This document shows, piece by piece, positions 1-10,995 of a stretch of DNA of 32,049 nt. The notes beneath the pieces are model-generated. The model did no database searches. It was not told where the DNA came from and was given only the letters and a program-made list of their open reading frames with translations. Where the stretch lies: contig NW_021832202.1 in assembly GCF_006345805.1 (NCBI RefSeq), positions 1 through 32,049 on the forward strand. Direction: 5' to 3'. How positions within the stretch are numbered: position 1 is the first letter of the stretch; each line of letters starts with the position of its first letter. The DNA comes from Octopus sinensis (taxonomy: Eukaryota). The translations under genes and the position numbers were made by a program.

Positions 1-400
1 AAAGACTTCCTCACGCGCATGGGACAAGCCTGGGATGTCTGTTACAAGTTTTAAATCAAGGATACCAAATTCAACAACGTTGGTCATTTCAAGGCATGTG
101 TAGTGAAATCCTTCTGTATGGATTTGAAAGTTGTGCAATGAAGAGAGCGTTTGAATATCCTCTTTATAGTACATACACCTGGCTTTCCATCAGAGCTCAC
201 GACACAGTATGAATACAAGAGCAATGAGATTTGCAGACACATTCCACTCATCTCCACTGTTGTTGCTCAACGCAAGATAGGCTTTCCTGGCCATTGCTAT
301 CTTGCTGACATCAGCACCTTTATATTTTGGAGACATCAGCACCTTTATAGAAAATGAAGACCGCTCAATGACGTTGATGTTATTGGCAGAGGCACAAAAC
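1..400 (+). mobile_element. Degenerate RTE-clade LINE, fragment from the C-terminal end of the RT ORF
   Basis: Broken frames give KDFLTRMGQAWDVCYKF, ILLYGFESCAMKR and RHIPLISTVVAQRKIGFPGHCY. These resemble the RTE motifs RKA.AW..C.KL, VLLYGSETW and RRLRFAGHC. Stops and frameshifts are present. Confidence 0.7.
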
Positions 401-539
401 ATGAAACTGTAGCTACCAAAAGTAATGGGGGACAGATATGCCTGAAAAAACTTAACTCAATTCAGTCCACTGAAAAACAAAAACGAAACTTTTCCTTTTT
501 ACTTTCTATAATTTCTAATGCAGAAAGCCCTAAATAGTG

Positions 540-735
540 ATTTCAAATTTTGGTACAAGGACAGCAATTTTAGGCGAGTGAGTAAGTCGATTACATCCAC
601 CCCAAAGTTCAACTTGTACTTACTTTATCGACCCCACGAAAGAATGAAAGGTAAAGTCAACTTCGCCGGCATTTGAACTCAGACGGACGAAATGCTGCTA
701 AGCTTTTTTGCCCGGGGTATTAACGACTGTGCCGA
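540..735 (-). mobile_element. tRNA-derived SINE with Nin/Deu-like central domain (family B)
   Basis: Reverse complement of gagttcaaat..ccg.cgaggtcgactttgcctttcatcc.ttcggggtcgataaa..aagtac, shared with many copies in the window. Confidence 0.75.
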
Positions 736-739
736 CTTT

Positions 740-892
740 GTATGTATGTATGTATGTATGTATGTATGTATGTATGTATGTATGTATGTATGTATGTGTG
801 TGTGTGTATGTATGTATGTGTGTGTGTGTATGTATGTATGTATGTATGTATGTGTGCATGTGTATATGTATGCATACATGTATGTAAGTATA
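740..892. repeat. (TATG)n/(TG)n microsatellite
   Basis: Directly visible. Confidence 0.95.
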
Positions 893-1704
893 TGTTAATT
901 TTTGGGTTATTTAAATTAATGTTAAAGATACCAATTTACTATTCTGTTTCCTTCAAAGTCGATTATGATGAGTTCTAAGAGCTTACTTGATAAGCTAAAA
1001 ACAGTAGCTATATCTCCTCTCTTAATTCAACCCTGCTCGCTCAAAGAATGAAAAGCACATTTGATAACGTTGGTCTAAATACCCCCTAAAAGACTGAATA
1101 GTAGTTGATGCTGTGATTTTATTGATTTTATTTATTGATTATTTATATTTATTTTTAATATATATATAGGAATCTAAAGGATGATAATATTAAGTATAAA
1201 ACAAATTGGTTTTATAGTTATAAAACACGCGTTTTCCAGTGTTAATGGTTGTAGAAGATGTAATTTTAGTCTCCCAGAAAAGTACGATATTCTCTTATAG
1301 CAATTTTGAACAAAAAGCTGGTGTTAGTGAAGTCGTGCAGACACTTCTATCGATATTTGCTGAGGAATTTCCAACAACCAATTGGCCGAAATAGAATATC
1401 GTTCATATGAAAAAAGAAAAGAAAAGAAAAACTGGAAATTACAATGTACTAGAAATCAAAGACAGCTGTAAAACATTAGTAAAAAGAACATGATAGAAAC
1501 ATTATATACGAAATTCTTTTTAATCAATAATTTTTTCCAATCGCTGATCATTGAATCCTGTTGGTGTGATGCTTTCACGATCATCCAGGTCTTCGTTGGC
1601 GGTTAATCAAACTAAACCTCTGTATGTTTGTTGAAAGGATGCGCTTCCAAGCAGTTCTACAAGTGCAATTCAAAATATTTTACACGAAGTAGATGAGCGT
1701 ATGT

Positions 1705-1891
1705 ACACACACGCACACAGACACAGACACACACACACACAGATAAAGATATACATATATATACATATAATCATGTATATGTGTATGCGTATGTCTGTGC
1801 ATGCATGTATGTATGTACATGTCTCTCTATATATATACATTTATATATATATATATATACTATATATATAATATATATATATTAATATATA

Positions 1892-1939
<48 letters not shown>

Positions 1940-2145
1940 TATATAATACGTCTCTCTACAACCGCACACACACATATACAGACATATATATATATATATA
2001 TTACACAAATGTATACTGAAATGTATACATGCATACACACAAACATAGGGAAAGAGAGATGATGAGTGAAAGATAGATAGATAGAGAGAAAGACAGAGAG
2101 GGTGAGAGAGGGAGAGAGGGAGAGAGAGAGTGAGAGAGAGAGGCA
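1705..2145. repeat. Compound (CA)n/(TA)n/(GA)n microsatellite cluster
   Basis: Directly visible. Confidence 0.9.
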
Positions 2146-2286
2146 GGCATGGGTGTCTGTTTAAGAAGTTCGTTTTGCAACCATGTGGTTTCGGGTTCAG
2201 TCTCATTGTGTGGTACTTTTACTTGCGCTCTGGGCTACCAATGCCTTTTCAGTGAATTTGGTTGCTGGAAACTGTGTAAAAGCCCG

Positions 2287-2329
<43 letters not shown>

Positions 2330-2484
2330 CATACATACATACACACACAGGCACACACACACATTATATGTGTGTATGTGTGTGCATGTTTGTCCCCACC
2401 ACGGCTTGACAGTTCGGCAAAAGACACCGAAAAATAAATACTACACTTAAAAAAAATATGCACTGTGGGGGTCGATATACATAG

Positions 2485-2522
<38 letters not shown>

Positions 2523-2805
2523 TATATTATATATATATATGAATGTGAAACTGTATTTATATGTGTCTGCGTGTCTTTGTATTTTTGTTTTCCACCAGCT
2601 CCCCCACACGCACACACACACACACTGCTTGAAACTGCTGTTGGTTTATTTACATCCTCACACTTAGCGTTTCGGCAAAGAGCCCTATAGAATAAGTACC
2701 AGACATTAAAAAAATAGTAAGTACTGGGGTCGATTTTTGGGGGGTAAACCCTTGAAGGTGGTGGCCCAGCATGGCTGCAGTCCAATGACTGAAACAAGTA
2801 AAACA
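2144..2805 (+). mobile_element. Degenerate family A SINE copy or copies, broken by microsatellites
   Basis: Remnants of caaccatgtggtttcgggttcagtc, ggaaactg..aagcccgtc, cggcaaaaga..ccga and cagcatggc.gcagtc.aatgactgaaacaagtaaaa match the full-length copy at 10578. Confidence 0.65.
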
Positions 2806-3009
2806 CACACACACACATGAGCATTTATACACACACACACACACACCACACGCACTCATACACACATGTATACACACACATGTATACACACACATGTATA
2901 CACACACACACAAACACACATACAGGTGCTTACGCATGTATGTTCTCATATTTCTGGGTCAATTTCTTTCCAAGAATCGGTCATTGACTCAAAACAAATC
3001 AAGCCCGAA

Positions 3010-3033
3010 AGGTCTACTAAGTAATAATAATAA

Positions 3034-3083
<50 letters not shown>

Positions 3084-3116
3084 TAATAATAATAATAATA
3101 ATAATAAATAATAATA

Positions 3117-3154
<38 letters not shown>

Positions 3155-3215
3155 TAATAATAATAATGATAATAATAATAATAATAACAACAACAACAAC
3201 AACAATAATAATAAC
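3010..3215. repeat. (AAT)n microsatellite
   Basis: Directly visible. Confidence 0.95.
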
Positions 3216-3224
3216 AATCCTTCC

Positions 3225-3424
3225 TACAAGACCTGAAATTTTGGGGTGGGGGGTCAGTCGATTACATCGACCTGTGTTCAACTGGTACTTATTTTATCGA
3301 TCTCGAAAGGATGAAAGGCGAAGTCGACCTCGGTGGAATTTGAACTCAGACCGACGTAGCGACAGGCGAAATACCGTTGAGCATTTCGTCCAGCGTCCTA
3401 ACGATTCTGCCAGCTTGCCTCCTT
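3225..3424 (-). mobile_element. Family B (Nin-domain) SINE
   Basis: Contains atcga..ccgaaaggatgaaaggc.aagtcgacctcgg.ggaatttgaactcag, with the tRNA-like head at the right end. Confidence 0.8.
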
Positions 3425-3443
3425 AATAATAATAATAATAATA

Positions 3444-3477
<34 letters not shown>

Positions 3478-3553
3478 TAATAAAAAAATAAAAATAATAA
3501 TGATAATAATAATAATAATAATAGTAATAGTAATAATAATAATAATAATAATA

Positions 3554-3589
<36 letters not shown>

Positions 3590-3590
3590 A
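3425..3590. repeat. (AAT)n microsatellite
   Basis: Directly visible. Confidence 0.95.
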
Positions 3591-3594
3591 ACAA

Positions 3595-3725
3595 TCGTTT
3601 CGAATTTTGGTTACGTGTCTGTTTTAGGAAGAGGGAGTTGGTCGACCCCAGTTCTTGAATGGTACTTTATTCTATCGACCCCGAAAGAATAAAAGGCAAG
3701 GTTGACCTCGGCGAGATTTGAGCTT
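3595..3725 (-). mobile_element. Family B SINE fragment
   Basis: ggtactttattctatcgaccccgaaagaataaaaggcaaggttgacctcggcg. Confidence 0.7.
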
Positions 3726-3754
3726 AGTACGTAATGAGCCGGAAAAAAATGATA

Positions 3755-3824
3755 AAAACAACAACAATAACAACAACAGCAGCAGCAGCAGAAGTAGTGG
3801 TAGTAATAGTATTAATATTAGTAT

Positions 3825-3876
<52 letters not shown>
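3755..3876. repeat. (CAA)/(CAG)/(TAG)n compound trinucleotide repeat downstream of the GPCR stop codon
   Basis: Directly visible. Confidence 0.9.
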
Positions 3877-3877
<1 letters not shown>

Positions 3878-4123
3878 AAAATAATGAAGATGGTGAAACA
3901 ATGGGCGATTGTTATGGTCTGATATAGAACAACACACAAACATGAAATGAAGGAGTTGTGTTGGAAAAAAGGGGAGAGGTTAAGGTTAAATCTTTTAAAC
4001 TCCTTTTCCCGGCCTTAGGCCTTAGTTTCCAACGTGTCATGGGGCTTGTGCTCATTTTTGCTTTATGCAAGAAATCATTATAATTGTTAATTTTACTATT
4101 CATATTTTCTCTCCCTTTTCATA

Positions 4124-5263
4124 TCATGTACCTGAGGCTGAAAAAGAAGCAATTTCGTCAGCTTTCGGCTGTTCTTTGGAGGTTTTTCTGCAGAAGTTTA
4201 TGGTAATTCTGAACCTTTCGTTGATGAATACGTAGACAAATGGGTTGACACAAGTATTTGCGAAAGCAAAGTAGGAAGACGTGATTAACATCCAAGAATG
4301 CATCTGGTGATATTCGTAAGCGCCATCATACTGAATGACTATGAAAGCGATGAAAATAGGTAACCACATCAGGAAAAAGAGTAGGACGAGCAGAACAAGA
4401 ATCCTGATGACACGTAAACTGCGGAGGCTTCGTACTTTCATATTATGTGAAACGAGTTTGCTGCTATGAGACCGCAACGTGCTGGCGGCTGGTTGAACGG
4501 CCATATTAACAGTTGGTTGACTAGAACTACATTCCTTCTTTATGATTGTCTGTCGGGAAATCCAGAATGTTCGGAAGACGCGGTAATAGTTGTGGGTCAT
4601 TAAGGCCAATGGTACGATGAAACCCACCAAAACCAGACAGGAAACGAAAACTATGGAAACTTGGACTGTAGTATTTGAAGGCCACACCAACGTACATATT
4701 TGAATTGTGTCGTTGCCGAAGGGAAATGCGTAAATGTTGAAAAATGTGGCCATTGGTAAGAAACCGGCGAATGCAATGACCCAGATCAGGATGACAATAA
4801 CAATAGCCATCGTCAGAGATATACGACAGCAGTTTGGTTTTACAATACAGAAAAAACGCTCGATGCTAATCACAGTCATGGTCCAAATGACAGCAAACAT
4901 ACATACAAACTCTAGATAGATGATAATATGACAAAAGAAGCCACCCAGCACCCATGTGCCGGTGATTCGAACCACTGCAATGAATGGGCAGCCGGAACTG
5001 AACAGCAAATCGGCCATTGCCAAGTTTGCTATGAAACAGTTTGTGACAGTCTTCAGTTGTCTTACTCGTAAAACACGTATAATAATTAGAATGTTAGCGA
5101 CAACAGATATCAAAAAGATAACGATGTAGATGAGTGCTTCAATGACTCCGATTCCATTCCAAGGACGGTTAAATTCTGAAAAGAAGGTAAAGTAACTTCG
5201 GTTTCCCCAATTATAAACTGTGTCCATTCCATAAAAATAAGAGGAATTTAAAGAATTCGCCAT
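4124..5263 (-). CDS. FFAR4: Rhodopsin-family (class A) GPCR, free fatty acid receptor 4 (FFAR4/GPR120)-like, 379 aa, intronless ORF
   Basis: Seven hydrophobic segments; GN-equivalent (AN) in TM1; LAxADL in TM2; ECL1 W-x6-C; ERF at the DRY position; ICTLVWP in ECL2; FFLMWLP in TM6; NPFVY in TM7. Matches to human FFAR4 as recalled: NRSYFTFFSE vs NRTRFPFFSD, ADLLF..P...VR..W.LG...CH...Y, ERFFCIV vs ERMVCIV, ICTLVWP vs ICTLIWP, FAFANTCVNP vs FTFANSALNP. Confidence 0.88.
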   Translation of the reverse strand: MANSLNSSYFYGMDTVYNWGNRSYFTFFSEFNRPWNGIGVIEALIYIVIFLISVVANILIIIRVLRVRQLKTVTNCFIANLAMADLLFSSGCPFIAVVRITGTWVLGGFFCHIIIYLEFVCMFAVIWTMTVISIERFFCIVKPNCCRISLTMAIVIVILIWVIAFAGFLPMATFFNIYAFPFGNDTIQICTLVWPSNTTVQVSIVFVSCLVLVGFIVPLALMTHNYYRVFRTFWISRQTIIKKECSSSQPTVNMAVQPAASTLRSHSSKLVSHNMKVRSLRSLRVIRILVLLVLLFFLMWLPIFIAFIVIQYDGAYEYHQMHSWMLITSSYFAFANTCVNPFVYVFINERFRITINFCRKTSKEQPKADEIASFSASGT

Positions 5264-5491
5264 TTTAAAATTTTTTGTTGTCTGTATACTCCTAAGGTTT
5301 TATTATTTTTATAATACTGTGTTTTGCGACCAAACATCAATCAACAGACAATCCCATCCATAATTTAAATAAGGCGGTTTTCCTTCGTTTTGTTTATCAC
5401 TTTCCTGTCTTCTGTTTTCTCCTGTTAGTTCTCTGTCGTCTGCTTCAAAGTACTTCGATTCATTTTCCTCTTACTGTCGTCTGCAGCAAAT
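5264..5491 (-). other. Probable 5'UTR part of the GPCR coding exon, with a splice acceptor at 5492-5493
   Basis: The minus strand reads ...atgatattttgtctctttcAG|atttgctgcag, a polypyrimidine tract plus CAG about 230 nt upstream of the ATG. Confidence 0.5.
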
Positions 5492-5579
5492 CTGAAAGAG
5501 ACAAAATATCATTTTAGATATACGCTTTCTCTTTTTAGGAAACGCCAAAATATTATATTATACACGATGAAAGCACAAG

Positions 5580-5654
<75 letters not shown>

Positions 5655-5655
5655 G
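5580..5655. repeat. (GATA)n microsatellite
   Basis: Directly visible. Confidence 0.95.
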
Positions 5656-6076
5656 AGGTGGTGGAAAGAGGGAAGGAGGGAAGGAGGGAGGGATCTGTAG
5701 TAGTGGTAGAGGACGGTACTAGAAAAAAAGAATCTTACTGTATTTGATTTCGTCTTTCAAGGATTTTTGGTTTTGAAATACCCAATCCCTCGAGAGCTGA
5801 CTGAGTTTGACAATCAAATCAAAGGAAGTGATTATAATATGAATCATGATACATGTTCTTTTTACACATTCATACATACATACATGTGTGTGTATATGTG
5901 TGTGTGTTGGGAGTGGTGCCTGGTATTTCAGCTGGGGCGTACAATTATTATATGGATAATATTACTCCATATACATTACATACTTATTTCAATAAATTTT
6001 GAAAAATAATCAAGAAAATTTTCAGCTTTTATCATTCACGCGTCTGTGTGAGCGTGCAAATATTGTTTCACACACA

Positions 6077-6115
<39 letters not shown>

Positions 6116-7002
6116 CACACACACACACACAAACTCACACACACACGTATGCAGACATACACACACCGCATAGGAGCAGAGAAAAGGAAACTCGTTTGTC
6201 ATGTATCTGAAAACGGCAAAAACGATAAAAGCAATAAAAATAGCTTCAAATATATCAAAAAAGACAATAAAATAACAATACAGATAACAAAAGAAACAAT
6301 ACAGAAATGAAGCTGTGAACAGAACACGAGGTATTACGTTGTAAACAAGCAACAAGCAGGACGCGTGGTTAGTGACGTAAGGAAACTGGATATGGCAAAA
6401 GTTTGTTTTATTCTGCAGCGAAAGAGTGAATGCGAAGGGAGATAAGCAAGTGTAAGAGACTAATTCCTATATTTTCAAAATTCCGTCTTTTGATCGTCCA
6501 TCATAATAATGTTCATATATGTGTGTAATGAAAGAAAGAAAATATTCAATAAAGAGTGGATTTAGAAAACGGAAAAAATATGCTTCTGATATTCTGCCCC
6601 CGTTAATACCCACGAAGACACTTCTCAGGAAAGACAGAAAATACAGTGAGTTGGTTGAACTGTGTGGAAAGAAGTTCAACAAGGGAGGTAATATGTATTT
6701 CTCCAGAGATAGGTGTTAGAGGATTTGTTGTAACCAGGGTTCACTCGATGCTTGAAAGTCTTGTGTCTAGCTGCGAAAGAGAGAAATGTTGCCAGAAAGT
6801 TGTCGGACGTTGTTAAGAGAGTAAACCAATTATATCTGGTTCCACAGAAAGGACGAATGGTGCATCTGGCCTAATGTAACATTTGTTTCAACAAAACTCG
6901 GGCTGTTGTGTAGGAGTTTTCTTACCTACATTGGTGGGTGGTCCGTGGTTAGCTCTGATGTCACAAGTGACAGGGGACGAAACATCTGCAGAAATACATT
7001 AT

Positions 7003-7122
7003 TTACATTTGACGGATATTTGTCCTCATCTTGTTTGTTGATAAGACAACGTTTCGGCTGATGTACTCAGGTGTCTTAGGAAAATTTCGAACCTGGGTTC
7101 TCATTCCTAAGGTATTTTTCGA

Positions 7123-7193
<71 letters not shown>

Positions 7194-7270
7194 TCACTGC
7201 CTGGAATCGAACCCGGAATCTTGGGGTTAGTAGCCCGTGTTCTTAACCACTACACCATATGCCCGTGGGC
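7003..7270 (-). mobile_element. tRNA-derived SINE (family C): tRNA head, (AAT)n, then a body with a hammerhead-like remnant
   Basis: The minus-strand head reads tggtgtagtggttaag...ggttcgattcc (A and B boxes). It is followed by (AAT)n at 7124-7189 and then gacacCTGA..cagccGAAACGTTgtctt. Confidence 0.75.
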
Positions 7271-7294
7271 ATATTACAATAACGTTACTCAACA

Positions 7295-7678
7295 GGGTGG
7301 GTAGCTCGGAGAGCAAAGATCCTCACCAGATCGAGCCGCTATTTCTACGCATTGACCCAGGACATATTCTTTGTAAGCCTGCTACTTATTCTATCAGTTA
7401 CTTTTGCCGAACCGCTAAGTTACGGGGACGCAAACACATCAACATTGGTTGTAAAGTGATGGTGGGGGTGGAGGACAAACACATCCACACAAATATATAT
7501 ATATATATATATACGACGGACTTATTTCAGTTTCCGTCTACCAAATCCACTCACAAGGCTTTGGTCAGCCCGCGGCTTTAGTAGAAGACACTTGTCCAAG
7601 GTGCCACGTAGTGAGACTGAACCCAGAACCATGTGGTTGGGAAGCAAGCTTCTTTTAACATAGATATGCTTGCACCTA
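7295..7678 (-). mobile_element. Family A SINE
   Basis: Reverse complement of the 10578..10995 copy (tttcagtttccgtctaccaaatccactcacaaggctttggtc; aaggtgccacg; gaaccatgtggttgg). Confidence 0.85.
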
Positions 7679-7719
7679 TAGTAGTCTAACTATAGTCCAA
7701 CTGCGCCTTTGTCTAACTT

Positions 7720-7960
7720 TGTGTACAAACGTTGCCTCGAGCTGGCTTGGTCTCGCAATACGACTCCCACGTGAAAGACTCGCCAACGAGGCTCTTCAGT
7801 GGAAAACCGACGGAAAGAGACGGAGAGGACGCCCAATGATGAACTGGCACGATCAACAAGGACCATACGGCTGATTGAGGGGACGTGGAGCCGCGATCAC
7901 TGGCGCAATTCCACTGCCTTGAGCAGTTGAAGGCCTCAACACGTGGGACCTTCTGCTTTT
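7720..7960 (+). mobile_element. RTE-clade LINE 3' fragment
   Basis: Translates SWLGLAIRLPRERLANEALQWKTDGKRRRGRPMMNW, matching the RTE C-terminal WLGHV.R......AL.W...GKR.RGRP..TW. Confidence 0.75.
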
Positions 7961-8239
7961 AAGAAGTAAAAACAATCCTAAACTGCCGTCGGTTTAACCG
8001 GGGCCGCCGCAAACAATGGCCACTTGTTTGGTTTTTACTGATCTCTTCAACGCCAGCCCCCATTCTAGTCATAAAATAAGGAAGTGATCTCACTTTAAAT
8101 TAGTGTTCCTTCTTAATGGGACCACGTGGTGGTGGAGGAGGGTTAGTGCGAGGAAAAGGGTTAGTGGGGATGGTGGTCGTGTTGTGGAGTAGGGGCTGGA
8201 GAAAGAAAAGGAGGTGATGCTACTGTAGTATCACTGTCG

Positions 8240-8357
8240 TTCAGATTGCTACCAGTGATGGCGGCGGCGGCGGTGGTGGTGGTGGTGGTGGTGGTGAAGA
8301 AGTAGGGATAAGAGAAAGGTGGAGGTGGCAGTGGTGGTACAGCTGTTGTTGTTGTTT

Positions 8358-8390
<33 letters not shown>

Positions 8391-9490
8391 ATGGTGGTGG
8401 CGGCAGTGGTAGTTTTAGAGTAGGAGCAGGAAAAGGGGTGGTGGTGGGAGTGGTGATAGTGTTGCTGTTGTAAGTGGTAATGGGGGCGGCGGCGACGGTG
8501 ATGAAAGTGTAGGGGTAAAAGTACGAGAAATGACAATGGTGGAGTACTGGGAGGGGGATGGCATTACGGTTTTGCTGTTGTTCATATTAATGTTAATTAT
8601 AGTGGTGATGATGGTGGTGATGATGGTAGTGGTGGTGGCGGTGATGATGGAGGTGATGATGGTAGTGGTGGTGGCGGTGATGATGGTGGTGATGATGGCA
8701 GAGGTGGTGGTGGTGGTGATGGTGGTGATGATGGTAGTGGTGGTGGTAGTGATAGTGGTGATGATGATGGTGGTGTGATGATGGTAATGGTGGTTGAGGT
8801 GATGATGGTGGTGATGATGGTAGTGGTGGTGGCGGTGATGATGGTGGTAATGATGGTAGAGGTGGTGGTGGTGATGATGGTGGTGATGATGGTAGAGGTG
8901 GTGGTGGTGATGATGGAGGTGATGATGGTAGTGGTGGTGGCGGTGATGATGGTGGTGATGATGGCAGAGGTGGTGGTGGTGGTGATGGTGGTGATGATGG
9001 TAGTGGTGGTGGTAGTGATGGTGGTGATGATGATGGTGGTGTGATGATGGTAATGGTGGTTGAGGTGATGATGGTGGTGATGATGGTAGTGGTGGTGGCG
9101 GTGATGATGGTGGTAATGATGGTAGAGGTGGTGGTGGTGATGATGGTGGTGATGATGGTAGTGGTGGTGGTGGTGATGGTGGTGATGATGATGGTGGTGT
9201 GATGATGGTAATGGTGGTTGAGGTGATGATGGTGGTGATGATGGTAGTGGTGGTGGCGGTGATGATGGTGGTAATGATGGTAGAGGTGGTGGTGGTGATG
9301 GTGGTGATGATGGTAGTGGTGGTGGTAGTGATGGTGGGGTGATGGTGGTGGTGGTGGTGGTGGTGATGGTAGTGATGATGGTGGTGGTGATGGTGGTAGT
9401 GGTGGTAATGGTGATGGTGTTGGTGGTGATGATGATGAGGATGGTGGTGGTGGTGATGGTGATGGTGGTGGTGGTAGTGGTGGTGAGATG
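8240..9490. repeat. (GGT)/(GAT)/(AGT) compound trinucleotide array with higher-order units
   Basis: Directly visible; the marker gtgatgatggtaatggtggttgagg recurs at 8775, 9041 and 9199. Confidence 0.9.
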
Positions 9491-9584
9491 GGCAGTTAAA
9501 GTGGTCAGTCTTTAAATAACTAAATAGCATACAACTTGACCCTATTACTTTAGTGAGTTTACAAGTGGTGTTTACGTGTGTAAA

Positions 9585-9954
9585 AATGTGTGTGTGTGTG
9601 TGTGTGTGCGTATGTATATGTGTGTATGTGTGTGCGTATGGGCACTTAAGTATTTGTGTGGATGAGTAGGTATGGATATGTGTGCGCGTATAGCATGAAT
9701 GAAGCATGATGTTCAGACAAGAGGTAAGACAGAGAAAGAGCGAGAGAGAAGAGAAAGGGAGAGAGAGAGAGGGAGAAAGAGAGAGGTGGAAAAGAGAGAA
9801 AGAGAGGAAAGAGAGAGAGAGAGAGAAAGAAAGAGGAAAGAAGCAGAAAGATAGATAGACAGTGAGAGAAGGGGTAGAGAAAGACAAAAATACAGAGAGG
9901 GGAGCGAAAGAGAAAGATAGATAGATAAAGATAGATAGATAGATAGATAGATAG

Positions 9955-9995
<41 letters not shown>

Positions 9996-10050
9996 GCAGA
10001 GAGAGGGGGCAGAGAGAGGGGGCAGAGAGAGGGGGCAGAGAGAGGGGAAG
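9585..10050. repeat. (TG)n, GA-rich, (GATA)n, (AG)n and (GAGAGGGGGCA)n tracts
   Basis: Directly visible. Confidence 0.85.
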
Positions 10051-10129
10051 AATGGTTCAGAAGTGGTGGGGGTTGGGGAAGTTGTCAGGGGTGATTATAA
10101 AATAAAGTACACGTATTAATATATAGATG

Positions 10130-10355
10130 TCAAATTTTGGCACAAGGCCGGCAATTTCGTGTGGAGGGGGGTGATGTGGTTAAATCGATTTCATCGACCC
10201 CCGCCAGAGTTTAACAGGTACTTGTTTTATCGACCTCGAAAGGGGGAAAGGCAATTTCGACATTCGGTGGAATTTGAACTCAGAACGCAATGACGGACGA
10301 AATGTCGTTAAACATTTTGCTCGGCATGCTAAATAAAGATTCTGCCATGCTCGCC
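10130..10355 (-). mobile_element. Family B SINE
   Basis: Nin-domain reverse complement, with 3' end caaattttggcacaaggccggcaatttc. Confidence 0.75.
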
Positions 10356-10430
10356 ACTTTCACATATTGATATACATCGACAGATTGAGATTTTGTCAGA
10401 AAAACAGATGCATTGATGTATACGTAGCAC

Positions 10431-10477
<47 letters not shown>

Positions 10478-10577
10478 TTATTATTATTACGGATCTAGTT
10501 TTTTTTCATTTTCAAAATATGAGTTTTTTAAAAGACAGTAAAAAAAATATGAAAATCGGCTATAATAATAAAGTTTT

Positions 10578-10995
10578 CCAGAGTGGCTGTGTGGTAAGTA
10601 GCCTGTCTACCAACCACATGGTTCCGGGTTCAGTCCCACTGCGTGGCACCTTGGGCAAGTGTCTTCTACTATAGCCCCGGGCCGACCAAAGCCTTGTGAG
10701 TGGATTTGGTAGACGGAAACTGAAAGAAGCCCGTCGTATATATGTATATATATATATATGTATGCGTGTGTGTGTTTGTGTGTCTGTATTTGTTCCCATA
10801 GCATTGCTTGACAACCGATGCTGGTGTGTTTGTGTCCCCGTCGCTTAGCGGTTCGGCAAAAGAGACCGATAAAATAAGTACTGGGCTTACAATAGAATAA
10901 GTTCCGGGGTCGAGTTGCTCGACTAAAGGCGGTGCTCCAGCATGGCCGCAGTCAAATGGCTGAAACAAGTAAAAGAGTAAAAGAGAGAGTAAGAG
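10578..10995 (+). mobile_element. Full-length family A tRNA-derived SINE (~400 bp with an internal TA/TG microsatellite)
   Basis: A-box-like tggctgtgtggtaag; B-box-like ggttcagtccc; a ggcaccttgggcaagtgtctt core resembling CORE/V/Meta-type SINE domains; (AAAGAGT)-like tail. About ten copies occur in the window. Confidence 0.9.

Noticed and set aside
1200-1700. Possible Penelope RT remnant
   Set aside because: No convincing peptide motif in the frames I examined.
4734-4919. Antisense ORF within the GPCR
   Set aside because: It is a short shadow ORF of the coding strand.
6335-6385. TGTAAACA and TGACGTAA motifs as the GPCR promoter
   Set aside because: Short motifs are expected by chance, and the transcription start site is unknown.
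7192-7266. Functional tRNA gene
   Set aside because: A and B boxes are present, but the acceptor stem is poor, the apparent anticodon (ACT) is atypical, and it is fused to a SINE body.
8415-9887. 490-aa His/Thr/Pro-rich ORF
   Set aside because: It is made of microsatellites, and the higher-order units are not multiples of 3.
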